Of a DNA stretch of 64,000 nucleotides, positions 9,284-20,100 are shown in pieces; within the stretch, counting starts at the first letter, position 1, and each line of letters begins with the position of its first letter. The stretch covers positions 21,534 to 85,533 of the forward strand of contig CAYJOL010000002.1 in assembly GCA_964371785.1 (NCBI GenBank), written 5' to 3'. Source of the stretch: an uncultured Ignavibacteriales bacterium. Its GTDB lineage: Bacteria; Zixibacteria; MSB-5A5; GN15; FEB-12. A model generated the notes under the pieces. The model searched no databases. It saw nothing but the letters and a program-made list of their open reading frames with translations, and was not told the DNA's origin. The translations under genes were made by a program, and so were the position numbers.

Positions 9284-11413
9284 CTACATCGGCAGCTTCT
9301 TCTTCAGTGGTGACTGCGTCAGGGCCCACTGTCCCTTAGCTACATTCTTGGCACCCTGGAAAACCAGATAGGAGTACTTCCCATAATGTGGTACGAGCTG
9401 GCCAATGCGAGCAAGAGAAGCCGTATCGCTCGAAATAACCACCAATAGCTTGTCGAATCCATCCCAATTCTGTCCGGCCAGTACAAAACTGTTTCCGGCC
9501 TTTGGATAGGTGACCCCGGCGATAGTGACTGAATCGGCCGCTACCGAGAGCTGGTCATTGAAATAGTCAGGCAGAGTTGTCGGGTTAAACAGCACCGGGG
9601 CCGTAGTCTTCTCCACACCCGCTAATACGGCCGGCGCGGTGAGAGCGATGCTGTCACCGGAGAAATTCTCCGCGAAAGCGGTAAAGGCATTTGAAGTCGA
9701 TTGGTCGGGACTGTAGGAAACAAATGTCCATGCCTCCTTTCCGATAACCGCGGCGATAACCGGCTCCACTTCTTCGGGGTAAAGCCGGCGGAATAAATCA
9801 TAATCAGGGTCGACCTCGACCGTGCTCGGGACCCCCGGAACATCGACGCTGAACGACGCCGCCGATACCTCGAGGGTCACCGACGTGTCATACGTAAACA
9901 AACTGCCGGTGAACCTGAGCGGCACTTGCAGAGTATAGACCTGGTCACCACGTTCTTCGAGCTCGAGACTTACAATTCGACCGGTACCCGAATCATCGGG
10001 CGTCACGCTGTTCACCCGTATATCGAGTGAGGGAGCTCCTGCGCGATCGATCCACTCGGGAATGATATACCCAAGATTTTTTCCGCTGACAGTCTCGAAC
10101 GCGTCGGTCCATTCTTCCCAGGATATTTGTTGGCCCTGATAGCGGTCATACACGAGCCGCCAGGTAGTAAAGAAGGCCGGCGTGCCGATGATTTTCTCAA
10201 TCATGTGATAAACCATCATCGCCTTGTTATAGCCAACCGTCCGGGTATCCGGGCTGGTACGCGCTTTGAAATCACGAAGCGGGAAATCATTGGAGGGATC
10301 CACGTATGACACGTACTGGTTGAGTATATCCTTGCGGTAGTCGCGTGCCTCGGCCGCCGATGACAGCAACTTGTACCGGTAATCCGCGCCATATACGGTC
10401 GCCCCTTCGCACCAGTTGCCGCGTTCATAATCTACAAACACACTGTTGCCCCACCAGTTATGCAGGACTTCATGACCCAGCGAGGTACTTATTATGAATG
10501 GCAGCCGAATGACATCCTGTCCGAGCAGGGTCCATGCGGGCATTCCATAACCGGTCGGGAAAAAGTTCTCAACCACGGTAAACTGGCGATACGGATAGGG
10601 GCCGATCAGCTCGTTATACATTTGGATGTAATTGGCCGAGGCGCGCAGATAATTGTCCATCAGCGAGGTATCAGCCGCAAAAAAGTAGCAGGCCACCGTG
10701 GTCCCGCTTAGACTGACCGATTTCACAACAACAGGAGCGGCAAAAAAGGTTATGCCGTCCGAAATAAACGGATTTTCAAAGGTCTGTATCCTGCGATCAC
10801 CAACGACATCAGACGAAACCACGTTGCCGTCGCTGATCCCCTCCCACTCAGCCGGGATGTTTCCGGTGACCGTGTAGCGAGCCAGGCGCTCCGTGCCTTG
10901 AGGATAGAAAATAGCCGAAGAGCCCAGGTATGCTCCCTTATCGAAAATCGTTCCCGAGATCTCGGCCCCGACTTTCTCGTTGGAAAACCGAATATTCTCC
11001 GTCTCCTGGTAAAACTCTCCGGAGTAGGACAGGGAGTAATCAAGCGGTCCCGCCTTGCGCGTTTTGAAAAACACCAACTGCGGTTGGCCCGTGGTGTCGA
11101 ATGGAGGCAGATTGTTAATCAACTCAGCAGGCAGTTTGAGTGTATCCTTGATCAAAACTGCCACAAACTCCGCCGGCTTGTCATCGATCTGAAACGAACT
11201 GATCGTCAAATTTCCCCCGAGACGGAACAAGTTCCAGCCCGGATCGGTATTGACGGTACCCGTATCGGTGAAGGTCGCCGAGTGCGACGCAACATCGAGC
11301 GTAAACATGACATGCTGGGATTCGAACTCAGCGGCATTGACCATCGTCGAGCTCAATATACCGAGTACAAAAAGGAATGCTCCGGGAGTGAATTTTATGG
11401 TTCGGAATGACAT
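9284..11413 (-). CDS. M1 family metallopeptidase (aminopeptidase N-like), secreted
   Basis: 709 aa with a signal peptide. Zinc motif HEVLHNWWGN plus a downstream glutamate in WCEGATVY. Confidence 0.85.
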   Translation of the reverse strand: MSFRTIKFTPGAFLFVLGILSSTMVNAAEFESQHVMFTLDVASHSATFTDTGTVNTDPGWNLFRLGGNLTISSFQIDDKPAEFVAVLIKDTLKLPAELINNLPPFDTTGQPQLVFFKTRKAGPLDYSLSYSGEFYQETENIRFSNEKVGAEISGTIFDKGAYLGSSAIFYPQGTERLARYTVTGNIPAEWEGISDGNVVSSDVVGDRRIQTFENPFISDGITFFAAPVVVKSVSLSGTTVACYFFAADTSLMDNYLRASANYIQMYNELIGPYPYRQFTVVENFFPTGYGMPAWTLLGQDVIRLPFIISTSLGHEVLHNWWGNSVFVDYERGNWCEGATVYGADYRYKLLSSAAEARDYRKDILNQYVSYVDPSNDFPLRDFKARTSPDTRTVGYNKAMMVYHMIEKIIGTPAFFTTWRLVYDRYQGQQISWEEWTDAFETVSGKNLGYIIPEWIDRAGAPSLDIRVNSVTPDDSGTGRIVSLELEERGDQVYTLQVPLRFTGSLFTYDTSVTLEVSAASFSVDVPGVPSTVEVDPDYDLFRRLYPEEVEPVIAAVIGKEAWTFVSYSPDQSTSNAFTAFAENFSGDSIALTAPAVLAGVEKTTAPVLFNPTTLPDYFNDQLSVAADSVTIAGVTYPKAGNSFVLAGQNWDGFDKLLVVISSDTASLARIGQLVPHYGKYSYLVFQGAKNVAKGQWALTQSPLKKKLPM

Positions 11414-11601
11414 GTTGGACCTCTTGTAGACTCAGACACCTTGTTATGGCGCGCGGGTCATATACCAAAAGCGTTGACTTGCGGCCCGCCCGTTGCCGGT
11501 TAGTATATATGCTGTTTAACGCCGGCGCAAGTTTAGAAGTGAGGCCCACCGTGCTATCGGTGAACTCGGGGTATCCTGTGGCACAGGCTGCTCTTTAGTT
11601 C

Positions 11602-12486
11602 TTGCCCGGATGTTTGTATAATAGTATAGTTGACCAGCAAAGACCATGCTTCGACCCCGATCGAAAGGAAAACGAGGAGCGCTTGCATCACAGTTTTGTC
11701 TGGAATTTGAACCCGACTATTCTTCAGTTCGGACCGTTTGAGCTTCGTTACTACGGCATTATTTTCGCCTCAATGCTGGTCCTGGGATACCTGCTGTGGC
11801 GCTGGCAGATGCTCCGGGGCGGTTACTCTTTAGATCTGGCCGACCGCTTCATCTTGTGGGGCGTGATAGCGGTCATCGTAGGCGCCCGTCTCGGCCATGT
11901 ACTGTTTTACGAGCCGAAGGAATATTTCTCGCACCCGCTGACGATATTCGAAGTCTGGCATGGCGGGCTGGCCAGTCATGGCGCCACGGTCGGGCTGTTA
12001 ATCGCCCTTTACTTCTTCGCGCGGCGAAACAAACTACCGCTCATGGAAATGTTGGACCGTTTCAGCTTTTCCGCCGCTGTCGGAGCAGCCTTGGTCAGAC
12101 TGGGAAATTTCCTCAATTCCGAAATTGTCGGCCGCCCGACTGACCTGCCCTGGGGGGTCCGCTTTATTCGTTACGATGGTGGCCGAGTGGCACGTCATCC
12201 ATCGCAAATCTATGAATTCCTGTTCGGTGTGTTCCTGTTGTGGATGCTGTGGTATGTGGACAAGAAATCCGGCAGCGAGAAACGCCCGATCGGCCTGCTG
12301 GCCGGACTCTTCATGACCGTCTATTTCTTCGGCCGGTTCATGGTCGAGTTCGTCAAAGAATATCAAGAGGAGACGCACTCCTATCTGACTATGGGCCAGT
12401 ATCTTTCGATCCTCCCGTTCCTGCTCGGGATCGGAATGCTGGTATGGTCATACCGCCACGCGAAACAGGCCCGCGCCTCGTCGTGA
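11602..12486 (+). CDS. lgt: Prolipoprotein diacylglyceryl transferase
   Basis: Motifs FGPFELRYYGIIF, GARLGHVLFYEP, IFEVWHGGLASHGA and RHPSQIYE. The true start is probably downstream of the 11602 ATG. Confidence 0.85.
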   Translation: MPGCLYNSIVDQQRPCFDPDRKENEERLHHSFVWNLNPTILQFGPFELRYYGIIFASMLVLGYLLWRWQMLRGGYSLDLADRFILWGVIAVIVGARLGHVLFYEPKEYFSHPLTIFEVWHGGLASHGATVGLLIALYFFARRNKLPLMEMLDRFSFSAAVGAALVRLGNFLNSEIVGRPTDLPWGVRFIRYDGGRVARHPSQIYEFLFGVFLLWMLWYVDKKSGSEKRPIGLLAGLFMTVYFFGRFMVEFVKEYQEETHSYLTMGQYLSILPFLLGIGMLVWSYRHAKQARASS

Positions 12487-12646
12487 CTTACGATTTCGCA
12501 AGATGAAATAGACTTCGAGCTGATCATCAGCGTCCTGCAAAATCCCTTAGTCACTTTCTGATTGCATGAACGTCCCTGCAATTGTATCGTATTTATAGAC
12601 TGCTCTATTCGCGTGAATTCAAGTTCCTTCTCTTAAGGAGGAGATC

Positions 12647-13708
12647 ATGAAGAAGCATATCTTATCGATCGCGCTCACCTTGTCCGTTGTCCTTGTCAGT
12701 TGCAGTAACAACACCACGCCGCCGACTGCCGACAACAACACCGGCCAACAGTCATCTTCGCTGCCCGCCGAGGTTCGGCAACTGCTGAATCAATATGCCT
12801 TGCCGGATGACGGTTCAATGCCTGAGGGCCAATCCTATCGCATCGATTCCACCCCGCCGCCATTGTCGGATACGAGCTACGATGTGTTCGCGGTTACGCT
12901 GGTCTGGGGAAGATTACCGATTGGATTCTCCCAACCGCCTCAGCCGGTAAACTGGTCGGGAAATGTATCGGTCAATGGGGTGTCCGTTCTGCAATTGCTC
13001 ACGACTATAAGTTTCGAGCACGCCCAGGATTCCATTGTCCCGGCCTCCATGGAGTCGTCTATCGCCTGGGTGTCAATCACCGATCATGACTTCGACGGCA
13101 TCACATTCCTGATTTATCTGAAACGGGGAATTGTCTATTTCACCGCGCCCGTTTTACGGTTCGAAACCGGACCGATGAATTTGGAATGGGATTTTGGACA
13201 GCTGGCTAGCCTCTACGGTTATTACCCGGCGGACAGCTCGAATGGCGTCGCCATTTTTTCACGCCAGCTCCATCCCCATATCTGTTCTCAGGGTCTGCTG
13301 ACCGGCGAATGGATTCGCAATGACGTTGGAGGCAGTGCCGGGACGCTGGCGGGCATGTGGGTCGGTACCGACGGCAGCCCGGTGGGTTACTTTACCGGCG
13401 TCTTTTGGATCGACTCCAATAACGTACGGCTCTTCAGCGGTCAACTTTCCGGTTACCATACTCCGCAAGTGATCGCCCGATTCGGCGGGACCTGGTTCTA
13501 CGATGACCCGCGGGACTGCCCGATGTGTGGAGCCGGACATGGTAAATTCGCAGGAAAGTATTACTATCTCGACGGAAGCTCCTCAGGGCGGATTGGTGGT
13601 GAATTTGGATGGGCCGATGACCCGGCCAACAATCATCTGCCGTTACATGGCACCTGGAAGCAGTTCTGTCCCTGGGTCAATTTTGATCTGGCGACACCTG
13701 CAAACTGA
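12647..13708 (+). CDS. Hypothetical lipoprotein
   Basis: 353 aa. Lipobox LVSC at residues 16-19. Strong AAGGAGGAG RBS. No family recognised. Confidence 0.65.
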   Translation: MKKHILSIALTLSVVLVSCSNNTTPPTADNNTGQQSSSLPAEVRQLLNQYALPDDGSMPEGQSYRIDSTPPPLSDTSYDVFAVTLVWGRLPIGFSQPPQPVNWSGNVSVNGVSVLQLLTTISFEHAQDSIVPASMESSIAWVSITDHDFDGITFLIYLKRGIVYFTAPVLRFETGPMNLEWDFGQLASLYGYYPADSSNGVAIFSRQLHPHICSQGLLTGEWIRNDVGGSAGTLAGMWVGTDGSPVGYFTGVFWIDSNNVRLFSGQLSGYHTPQVIARFGGTWFYDDPRDCPMCGAGHGKFAGKYYYLDGSSSGRIGGEFGWADDPANNHLPLHGTWKQFCPWVNFDLATPAN

Positions 13709-14080
13709 CCGAACTGTCGAAATCTGCTCAAACCGCCTGAGCGAGGCGCGGTAACAGGACTGTTTCTGTCGCCTTACTCCGCCATAAAAGTTCTCAGTGT
13801 GACGGAGTAGGGCTTTCTTATTTTTTGTACCTGCTTTCGTCCCATCTCAATGAACCTGAGTTGTAAAGTAACTGACACACCTTGCTTCCCGTTAATCGGT
13901 GGGTCATGCGGGGCAAGTTGGACTATCTCAGCCTACTTTAAAATGATAAAATAGAGTGTAATAGTACGCATTTGCGTCCATTTTTTTCGGATTATTATCG
14001 TCGGTGCGGAACCATCTCCGGGTTCGATTGTGTTATATGGACATTATCGTAAGGTTACGAAAGTAGGTGAATTCGTCTTT

Positions 14081-14419
14081 ATGTCAGCAGAAACTCTGGC
14101 GTTGATTGAAGAATTCCCTCTGGTCAAGCAGTACAGCAAGCGCATCCCCCAAGACCTCTGGGACATCTTTCTTCCTCAAAGTCCCGATGGACTCGAGACG
14201 TTCTCGGCCGCGATCAAAGCGCTTCGTCTCAAAGAGGAAGAGCGCAACTACGTTATGGAACTTCAGCAACAATATGAATTACCGCTCCGCCCAAATCTTA
14301 CGGTCAAAGAGACGATGATCCAGGTCAGGCTGAATCTCTTGCAGGAACGCAAACGTCGCGGGCAGGAGGCCGATGATCTGTCTATCGATGATTCCCTGCC
14401 GGTCGACCCGCTGGAGTAG
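14081..14419 (+). CDS. Hypothetical small charged protein
   Basis: ORF 14030..14419; the start is more plausibly MSAETLAL at 14081. Helical, charged composition with no recognisable motif. Confidence 0.4.
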   Translation: MSAETLALIEEFPLVKQYSKRIPQDLWDIFLPQSPDGLETFSAAIKALRLKEEERNYVMELQQQYELPLRPNLTVKETMIQVRLNLLQERKRRGQEADDLSIDDSLPVDPLE

Positions 14420-14444
14420 CGCCGGCCACCATCGCACAAGCATC

Positions 14445-14480
14445 CAAACAAAAGCCTCCGAGCTGAACAAGTCCGGAGGC
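14445..14480 (-). terminator. Rho-independent terminator between convergent genes
   Basis: GCCTCCG-13 nt-CGGAGGC stem-loop at 14454..14480. On the minus strand it is followed by TTTTGTTTGG, about 30 nt after the stop at 14512. Confidence 0.6.
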
Positions 14481-14511
14481 TTCATACTTTCCCTTCCAGT
14501 GGAACGCGCTA

Positions 14512-15561
14512 TTACTTCAACAACACCATCTTCTTTACATCCGAGAACAGCCCGGCATCGATTTTATAGAAGTAAACTCCGCTGGCAAATTGCGCGGCAT
14601 CCCAGGTCACATTGTGCACTCCCGCTTTGTAGTCCTGATCAGTTATAGTCGCTACCTTCTGGCCGCTCACGTTGAAAACACTCAGCGCCACATGGGCGGC
14701 CGTCGGCAGAGTAAAACTGAAAGCGGTGGTCGGGTTGAATGGGTTGGGATAGTTCTGGTCCAGCTGGAACTCAGTGGGCAGGTTATCCGGATTGTCATCG
14801 TCAGCATCAAGCGAGAAGCTCCACCCTTCAAGGGACGCCATCATCCACCACCAGGCCTTTCCCTTCTGGTAGCAGTTAAAGCAGTGAGAGTGCGCGCAGG
14901 TTCCTGAACAGCAAGTATGGGTCGAGCACCAGGTATAGCACCAGTTGCATGCATCCGATTCATCGGGGAAATAGGTGCCATCCGGATTGTAGCTTTCTAT
15001 ATCCGCAAAATCAAACAGCACTTTGTTGTGCGCCGAACAGTATGCCCGGATGACATTGTTATTCTGATACAACGTCCCTGTCGGGCCGGTGCCATCAAGA
15101 TGCCCGGTCATGTACACAAAGGTGACATTCGGGTACTGGCTTTCCAGCTGATCAATCTTGTTCAGATACACATTCATATCGGCTTCGGTGCTTATCGACA
15201 CTCCTCCGCACCAGGACAACATGACCATATTATAGTCCGGGTGTGCCGCCAGCCAGCTGCGGATACCCGCTACCCAGGTGGTGTCCCCGCCCGAACCAAG
15301 GTCATCGGCGACCTCGTAAAAGACCGGCGATGCATAGAGGCTGTTATCGGCATGGATGTAGTCAATACCGCTGATTATTTGACTGCCATGCGATGTATGA
15401 ACGTAATAGATCTTGTAGCCGCTCGTTATGTTTGCGATCACGTTAGACGGTATCTGGTCGAATTGCGCTATGCGGGTGTGGTCGACCAGGATTCCTCCGG
15501 CGAATGATGATCCGGCGAGCATCAGAGTAAGCAGTAATAACAGTAAAAAAGCGTGACGCAT
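14512..15561 (-). CDS. Secreted protein of unknown function with cysteine-rich insert and T9SS C-terminal sorting domain
   Basis: 349 aa with a signal peptide. C-terminus LDQNYPNPFNPTTAFSF...VYFYKI...KMVLLK. GGAGGG RBS upstream. Confidence 0.8.
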   Translation of the reverse strand: MRHAFLLLLLLTLMLAGSSFAGGILVDHTRIAQFDQIPSNVIANITSGYKIYYVHTSHGSQIISGIDYIHADNSLYASPVFYEVADDLGSGGDTTWVAGIRSWLAAHPDYNMVMLSWCGGVSISTEADMNVYLNKIDQLESQYPNVTFVYMTGHLDGTGPTGTLYQNNNVIRAYCSAHNKVLFDFADIESYNPDGTYFPDESDACNWCYTWCSTHTCCSGTCAHSHCFNCYQKGKAWWWMMASLEGWSFSLDADDDNPDNLPTEFQLDQNYPNPFNPTTAFSFTLPTAAHVALSVFNVSGQKVATITDQDYKAGVHNVTWDAAQFASGVYFYKIDAGLFSDVKKMVLLK

Positions 15562-15786
15562 TTTATCCCTCCAAATGATTATCCCGTTTTCCCGATTATC
15601 GACAGTTTCGTCGATATACTTGCGGCCGTTCTGTAACTCACGTATTTGCGAGACCTTACACCCCGTCTATAATAGACAAAGGTGCCCATTCCCCGCCCAA
15701 GGTAGAGTTGTTGACTGACCTGAGCAACCATAAAGTGGGGAAAAACCGCTCTGAAAGCCGATTTTCAGTAATCCGCATGAAAACGG

Positions 15787-17019
15787 ATGTCACCTAGACG
15801 TATCGAGGCCGTGAGAACGCCCGCTAAGCGATTCAAAGAAAAAAGGTTGCCAGACAGTATACAATTGAAGCAAACTGCCGTAGCCATGAACATCTCTGCT
15901 ATTCAGACGCCGACCCGAATCATTCAGACTTTGCCTACCGAAGGTATAAAGTACATCGGTTCCAAGAGAACCTTGATTCCTTACATATTGAAGATGCTTT
16001 CGAGCCTGCCTGTTCAGACCGTATTTGATGGCTTTGCCGGAACGACTCGCGTCGCGCAGGCGCTGGCCAAGAGTGGCTACACCGTCTGTTGCAACGATAT
16101 CGCCGTTTTCTCCCGTGTTTTTGCAGAATGCTATCTGCTTAACACCCAGCCGCCGGAATACTACGAACCGATACTCACCCACCTTAATAACCTCCCCGAA
16201 GTGAGAGGTTGGTTCACGATGCATTATGGCGGTACACCCAACGGAGGATGCTCGGTTCAGAACGACGGCAAAAAACGGATATGGCAGACGCACAATACGA
16301 TGAAGCTCGATGCTATCCGCCCGGAGATTGACCGCGTCACGCCCGACCCAATCGAACGGTCTGTTCTGCTCACCAGCTTGATTCTCGCCATGGACCAGGT
16401 TGACAATTCAGTGGGCCACCACGCCGCCTATTTGCGGGAGTGGGCACCACGCTCGTACAAGACTATGCGTATGACGGTTCCGGCATTCGCCCGATATGAT
16501 CCTGCCCACCGCGTCCATTGTGGCGACATATTCACGGCGCTACCCGACGTGAAAGCCGATGTCGCCTACCTCGACCCACCTTACGGCTCTAATAATGAAA
16601 AGATGCCGCCCTCACGGGTGCGTTATGCCTCCTACTATCATCTCTGGACGACTGTCTGTCTGAATGACCAGCCGGAGTTGACCGGGGCGGCGAACCGACG
16701 TCGCGATGCCACTGACCGGCTGGCGGCCTCGGAGTTCGAGGAGTTCCGTAAGGATGCGTCCGGTAAATATCTGGTGCTGGATTCTATCGAACGGCTGATC
16801 AATCAGACCAATACACGTTATATCATGCTGTCATATAACAACCGGGGACGGATATCGCCCTCCCAACTGCTGGAACTTCTCGGAGCGAACGAACGAACCG
16901 TATCGGTTACTTCTGTAGATTATCGACGCCATGTCATGTCCGGCATGACCTGGACAGACGCCTGGACCGACCGGACACTCACGCCGAATCAGGAGTTGTT
17001 ATTTCTTGTGGAAAAGTAA
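15787..17019 (+). CDS. D12-class (Dam-like) N6-adenine DNA methyltransferase, orphan
   Basis: Motifs KYIGSKR(x)LIPYI, FDGFAGTTRVA (SAM-binding motif I) and YLDPPY (catalytic motif IV). The start may instead be the internal MNISAIQ. Confidence 0.75.
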   Translation: MSPRRIEAVRTPAKRFKEKRLPDSIQLKQTAVAMNISAIQTPTRIIQTLPTEGIKYIGSKRTLIPYILKMLSSLPVQTVFDGFAGTTRVAQALAKSGYTVCCNDIAVFSRVFAECYLLNTQPPEYYEPILTHLNNLPEVRGWFTMHYGGTPNGGCSVQNDGKKRIWQTHNTMKLDAIRPEIDRVTPDPIERSVLLTSLILAMDQVDNSVGHHAAYLREWAPRSYKTMRMTVPAFARYDPAHRVHCGDIFTALPDVKADVAYLDPPYGSNNEKMPPSRVRYASYYHLWTTVCLNDQPELTGAANRRRDATDRLAASEFEEFRKDASGKYLVLDSIERLINQTNTRYIMLSYNNRGRISPSQLLELLGANERTVSVTSVDYRRHVMSGMTWTDAWTDRTLTPNQELLFLVEK

Positions 17020-17104
17020 AGCTCGGGACGAACCGGATTCTTTTCCGGCTATCTGTATCGCCGACTGCCCGGAAGTTGTGGCCCCCGACGTTCTCTGCAC
17101 GATT

Positions 17105-20100
17105 TCAGTCTGGAGACTTTCTTGCGCCCATCGCCAATTCAATCGCCTTCTCCACCGACGTATTCCGCCCCTCAATCCACTCTTTCTCAAAGCGGTCACC
17201 GCCGAGGGCACTTCGGACTGACGCGACCGAGCGATCATAATCCGCCCGCTCTGAAGGAGGCATCGGGTAGTGAATAGCGTCGCGGAGGGATTCTGCTGCA
17301 CCGAACAGTTTTGCTGCCATCTCGGCACCGCCGCGCAATTGGGAGGCTCTGGCGAACAGCTCCAGCGAACCGGCAATACCGTGCTTCATTCCTATATCAC
17401 AGTACACTTGTAATGCCTTCTTGAGATACTCCACTGCCTCGCTGTAATTCCCCATCTCAATTGCCACCGCCCCGAGATTGTTGTTGGCAGCTGCTGATAC
17501 TCGTTTTTCGCCGATTTCCTGAGATATTACAAGTGCTTCTTCAAAATGCGTCTTTGCCAGTCTATAGTTCCGTGTAATAACTGCTACGGCTCCCAAGTTT
17601 GAGAGAGCCATTGCAGTCGCACTCTTATCACCGACTTTACGCATAATCTCCAAAGCCTCGTTATACCTGTCCTGCGCCGACGAATAGTCACCGAGGTAAT
17701 AAGCGACAATACCCAGGTGGCCCAGTGAAATACCGATGCCCCTTGTATTACCCAAATCACGCATAATTGCAAGTCCCTGCTCAATCCGCGATCTTGCGAG
17801 TTTAAAATCCTCTGCTCGGGTAGCCAACATTCCCAGGTGCAGAAGGCTGTCTGCAATCCCTTGCTTATCTTCTATCTCTTGTCGGATTGACAGTGCTTTG
17901 TTGCTGGCGGCAAGCGCATCATCCTCATCCCCCTGTCTATCCGCCAGAATCCCGATGAAGTGCAGAGCTCTGCCTTTTGTTTTTTCTTCCAACCCATCTC
18001 GTTCCATCATCTGGTTCAACCACCTTCGTCCTTCTGACCAATGTCCCCGCATCTGCCAGAAAAGCGCCGCGCCAACTGCAAGCCTCAGGCCGGTCTCGGC
18101 CGCAGATTCTTGTGTTCGAGCCCAACTGAGCGCTGCCCTCAAATTCTCGTGTTCGTCCTCCAGCCGAATCAGCCATTCTGCCTGCTCCGCTCCGGTAAGA
18201 TGCAGCGCTGCGTGTTCTGTAAACGCAACGAAGAACCCAAGATGACGGGAGGATGCGGTCTGGTTTTCCTCTGACTCAATCAATTTCTCTTGCGCATATT
18301 GACGTACCGTTTCAAGCATTCTATACCTGCATCCCGCCAGTCCATCGCGGTCTCTGACAACAAGGGACTTATCGAGCAAACGCGTGATCATATCCAGCGC
18401 CTCGAACTCAGTTCCGTTTTCCCACATGATGTGCATTGCGGAACTCAGGGTCCATCCACCGGCGAAAACCGATAGGAATTTGAGGGAGCTCTGCTCCTCC
18501 GGCCTCAGATGGTCATAGCTCCACTGAATTGCTGCTCGAAGCGTCTGGTGCCTCGGCAACGCCGTCTTGCTTCCTCCAGTCAAGAGCATAAAGCGATGAT
18601 CCAGTCTGGACTGGATCTGAGCAGGCGACAGGACCCGCACAAGGGCCGCCGCCAGTTCAATCGCGAGAGGAATGCCGTCGAGCCGACGGCAGATTTCGGC
18701 GATCACTTGTGCATTTGAGAGGTCGAGCGCGAGCTCGTGCCGGATCAATTTCGCGCGATTAACAAACAAACGCACAGCCTCGAATGACTCGATCTCTCTC
18801 AGATCTGGTGAGGACGTCGCCGCCGGATATGTCAGGGGACGAACAACCATCGACTGCTCCCCTGTAATACTCAACCCCTCTCGACTGGTCACGATTATTT
18901 TAAGATTTGCCCCGGCAGCAAGCAGCGTCTCCACCACTTCGGCGCAAGCGGAAAGCAGATGTTCGCAGTTATCGAGTACAATCAACATGTGTCCGCTGGC
19001 AACGCGACGTTTAAGTGTCTCAATCAACGGCGTCCCCGCCTGCTCCTTCACGCCAAGGACTGTCGCCACTATTTGGACCACGAGAGTCGGATCGGACAGC
19101 GGAGCAAGATCCACAAACCAGACACCATCGTGAAAGCGTCCCAAAAGATTCTTGGCTAATTGTAGTGCCAGACGTGTCTTCCCAATTCCCCCAACACCCG
19201 TTAAAGTCAGAATGCGGGAATGGTCGAGCAAACGCATGCACTCAGTGACATCAGCGCCTCTGCCGATGAAACTGCTCGTTTCTGAAGGCAGATTATTCGG
19301 AATTGCCGATTGAACGTGCTCGGTTTCCCCCAGACTTTGATCTAATTGTCTCCGGACAATCCTAATGTCCGGCGTACGCCGGTCCACGTCTTTTTCCAGG
19401 CATTGTTCCAGGAGATCACGGACTGTCTGCGGAATTGACTTTTCCAGGAGGAACCATCGTGGCTCTACCGAGAGAATCGCCGTCACTCTTTCCATCGCGC
19501 TTGTGCCACTGAACGCGGCCGTACCGGTGATACATTCAAATAGCAGGCAACCGAATGCAAACAGGTCCGTTCTATGATCCTGGCGATCCCCTCGAACCTG
19601 CTCCGGGCTCATATACCCGGGCGTTCCTTCAATCGCACCGGACATACCGCCTCGTATGAAACTTACGGTGGAATCGTTCAGCGATGAATCCGCGGGATCC
19701 GTTTTGAAATTCCGCAGGTCTTGATTCTCCAATCTTGCGTTGACTTGAGCAAGTCCAAAGTCCAGCACTTTAACTCCACCAACCGCTGTAAGCATCACAT
19801 TGGCGGGCTTGAGGTCGCGATGAACCACGTTTCGGCTATGGGCGGCCTCCAGTGCTTCGGCGATTCCACGCCCGACGCAGAGCGCGTCACGCAATGGCAG
19901 CGGACCTCGCTTAAGTCGCTCCGAGAGCGGTTCCCCTTCGATGAGTTCGAGTACCAGATATCTTTCGGCCGAGGGGGTCTCCTCGAAACCATAGATGGCT
20001 CCGATATTTGGATGATTGAGCGACGCCAGAACTTTTGCCTCGCGTACGAAGCGGTCGAGCCGACCGGCGTCGGATGACACCGAGCCTGGCAGAACTTTGA

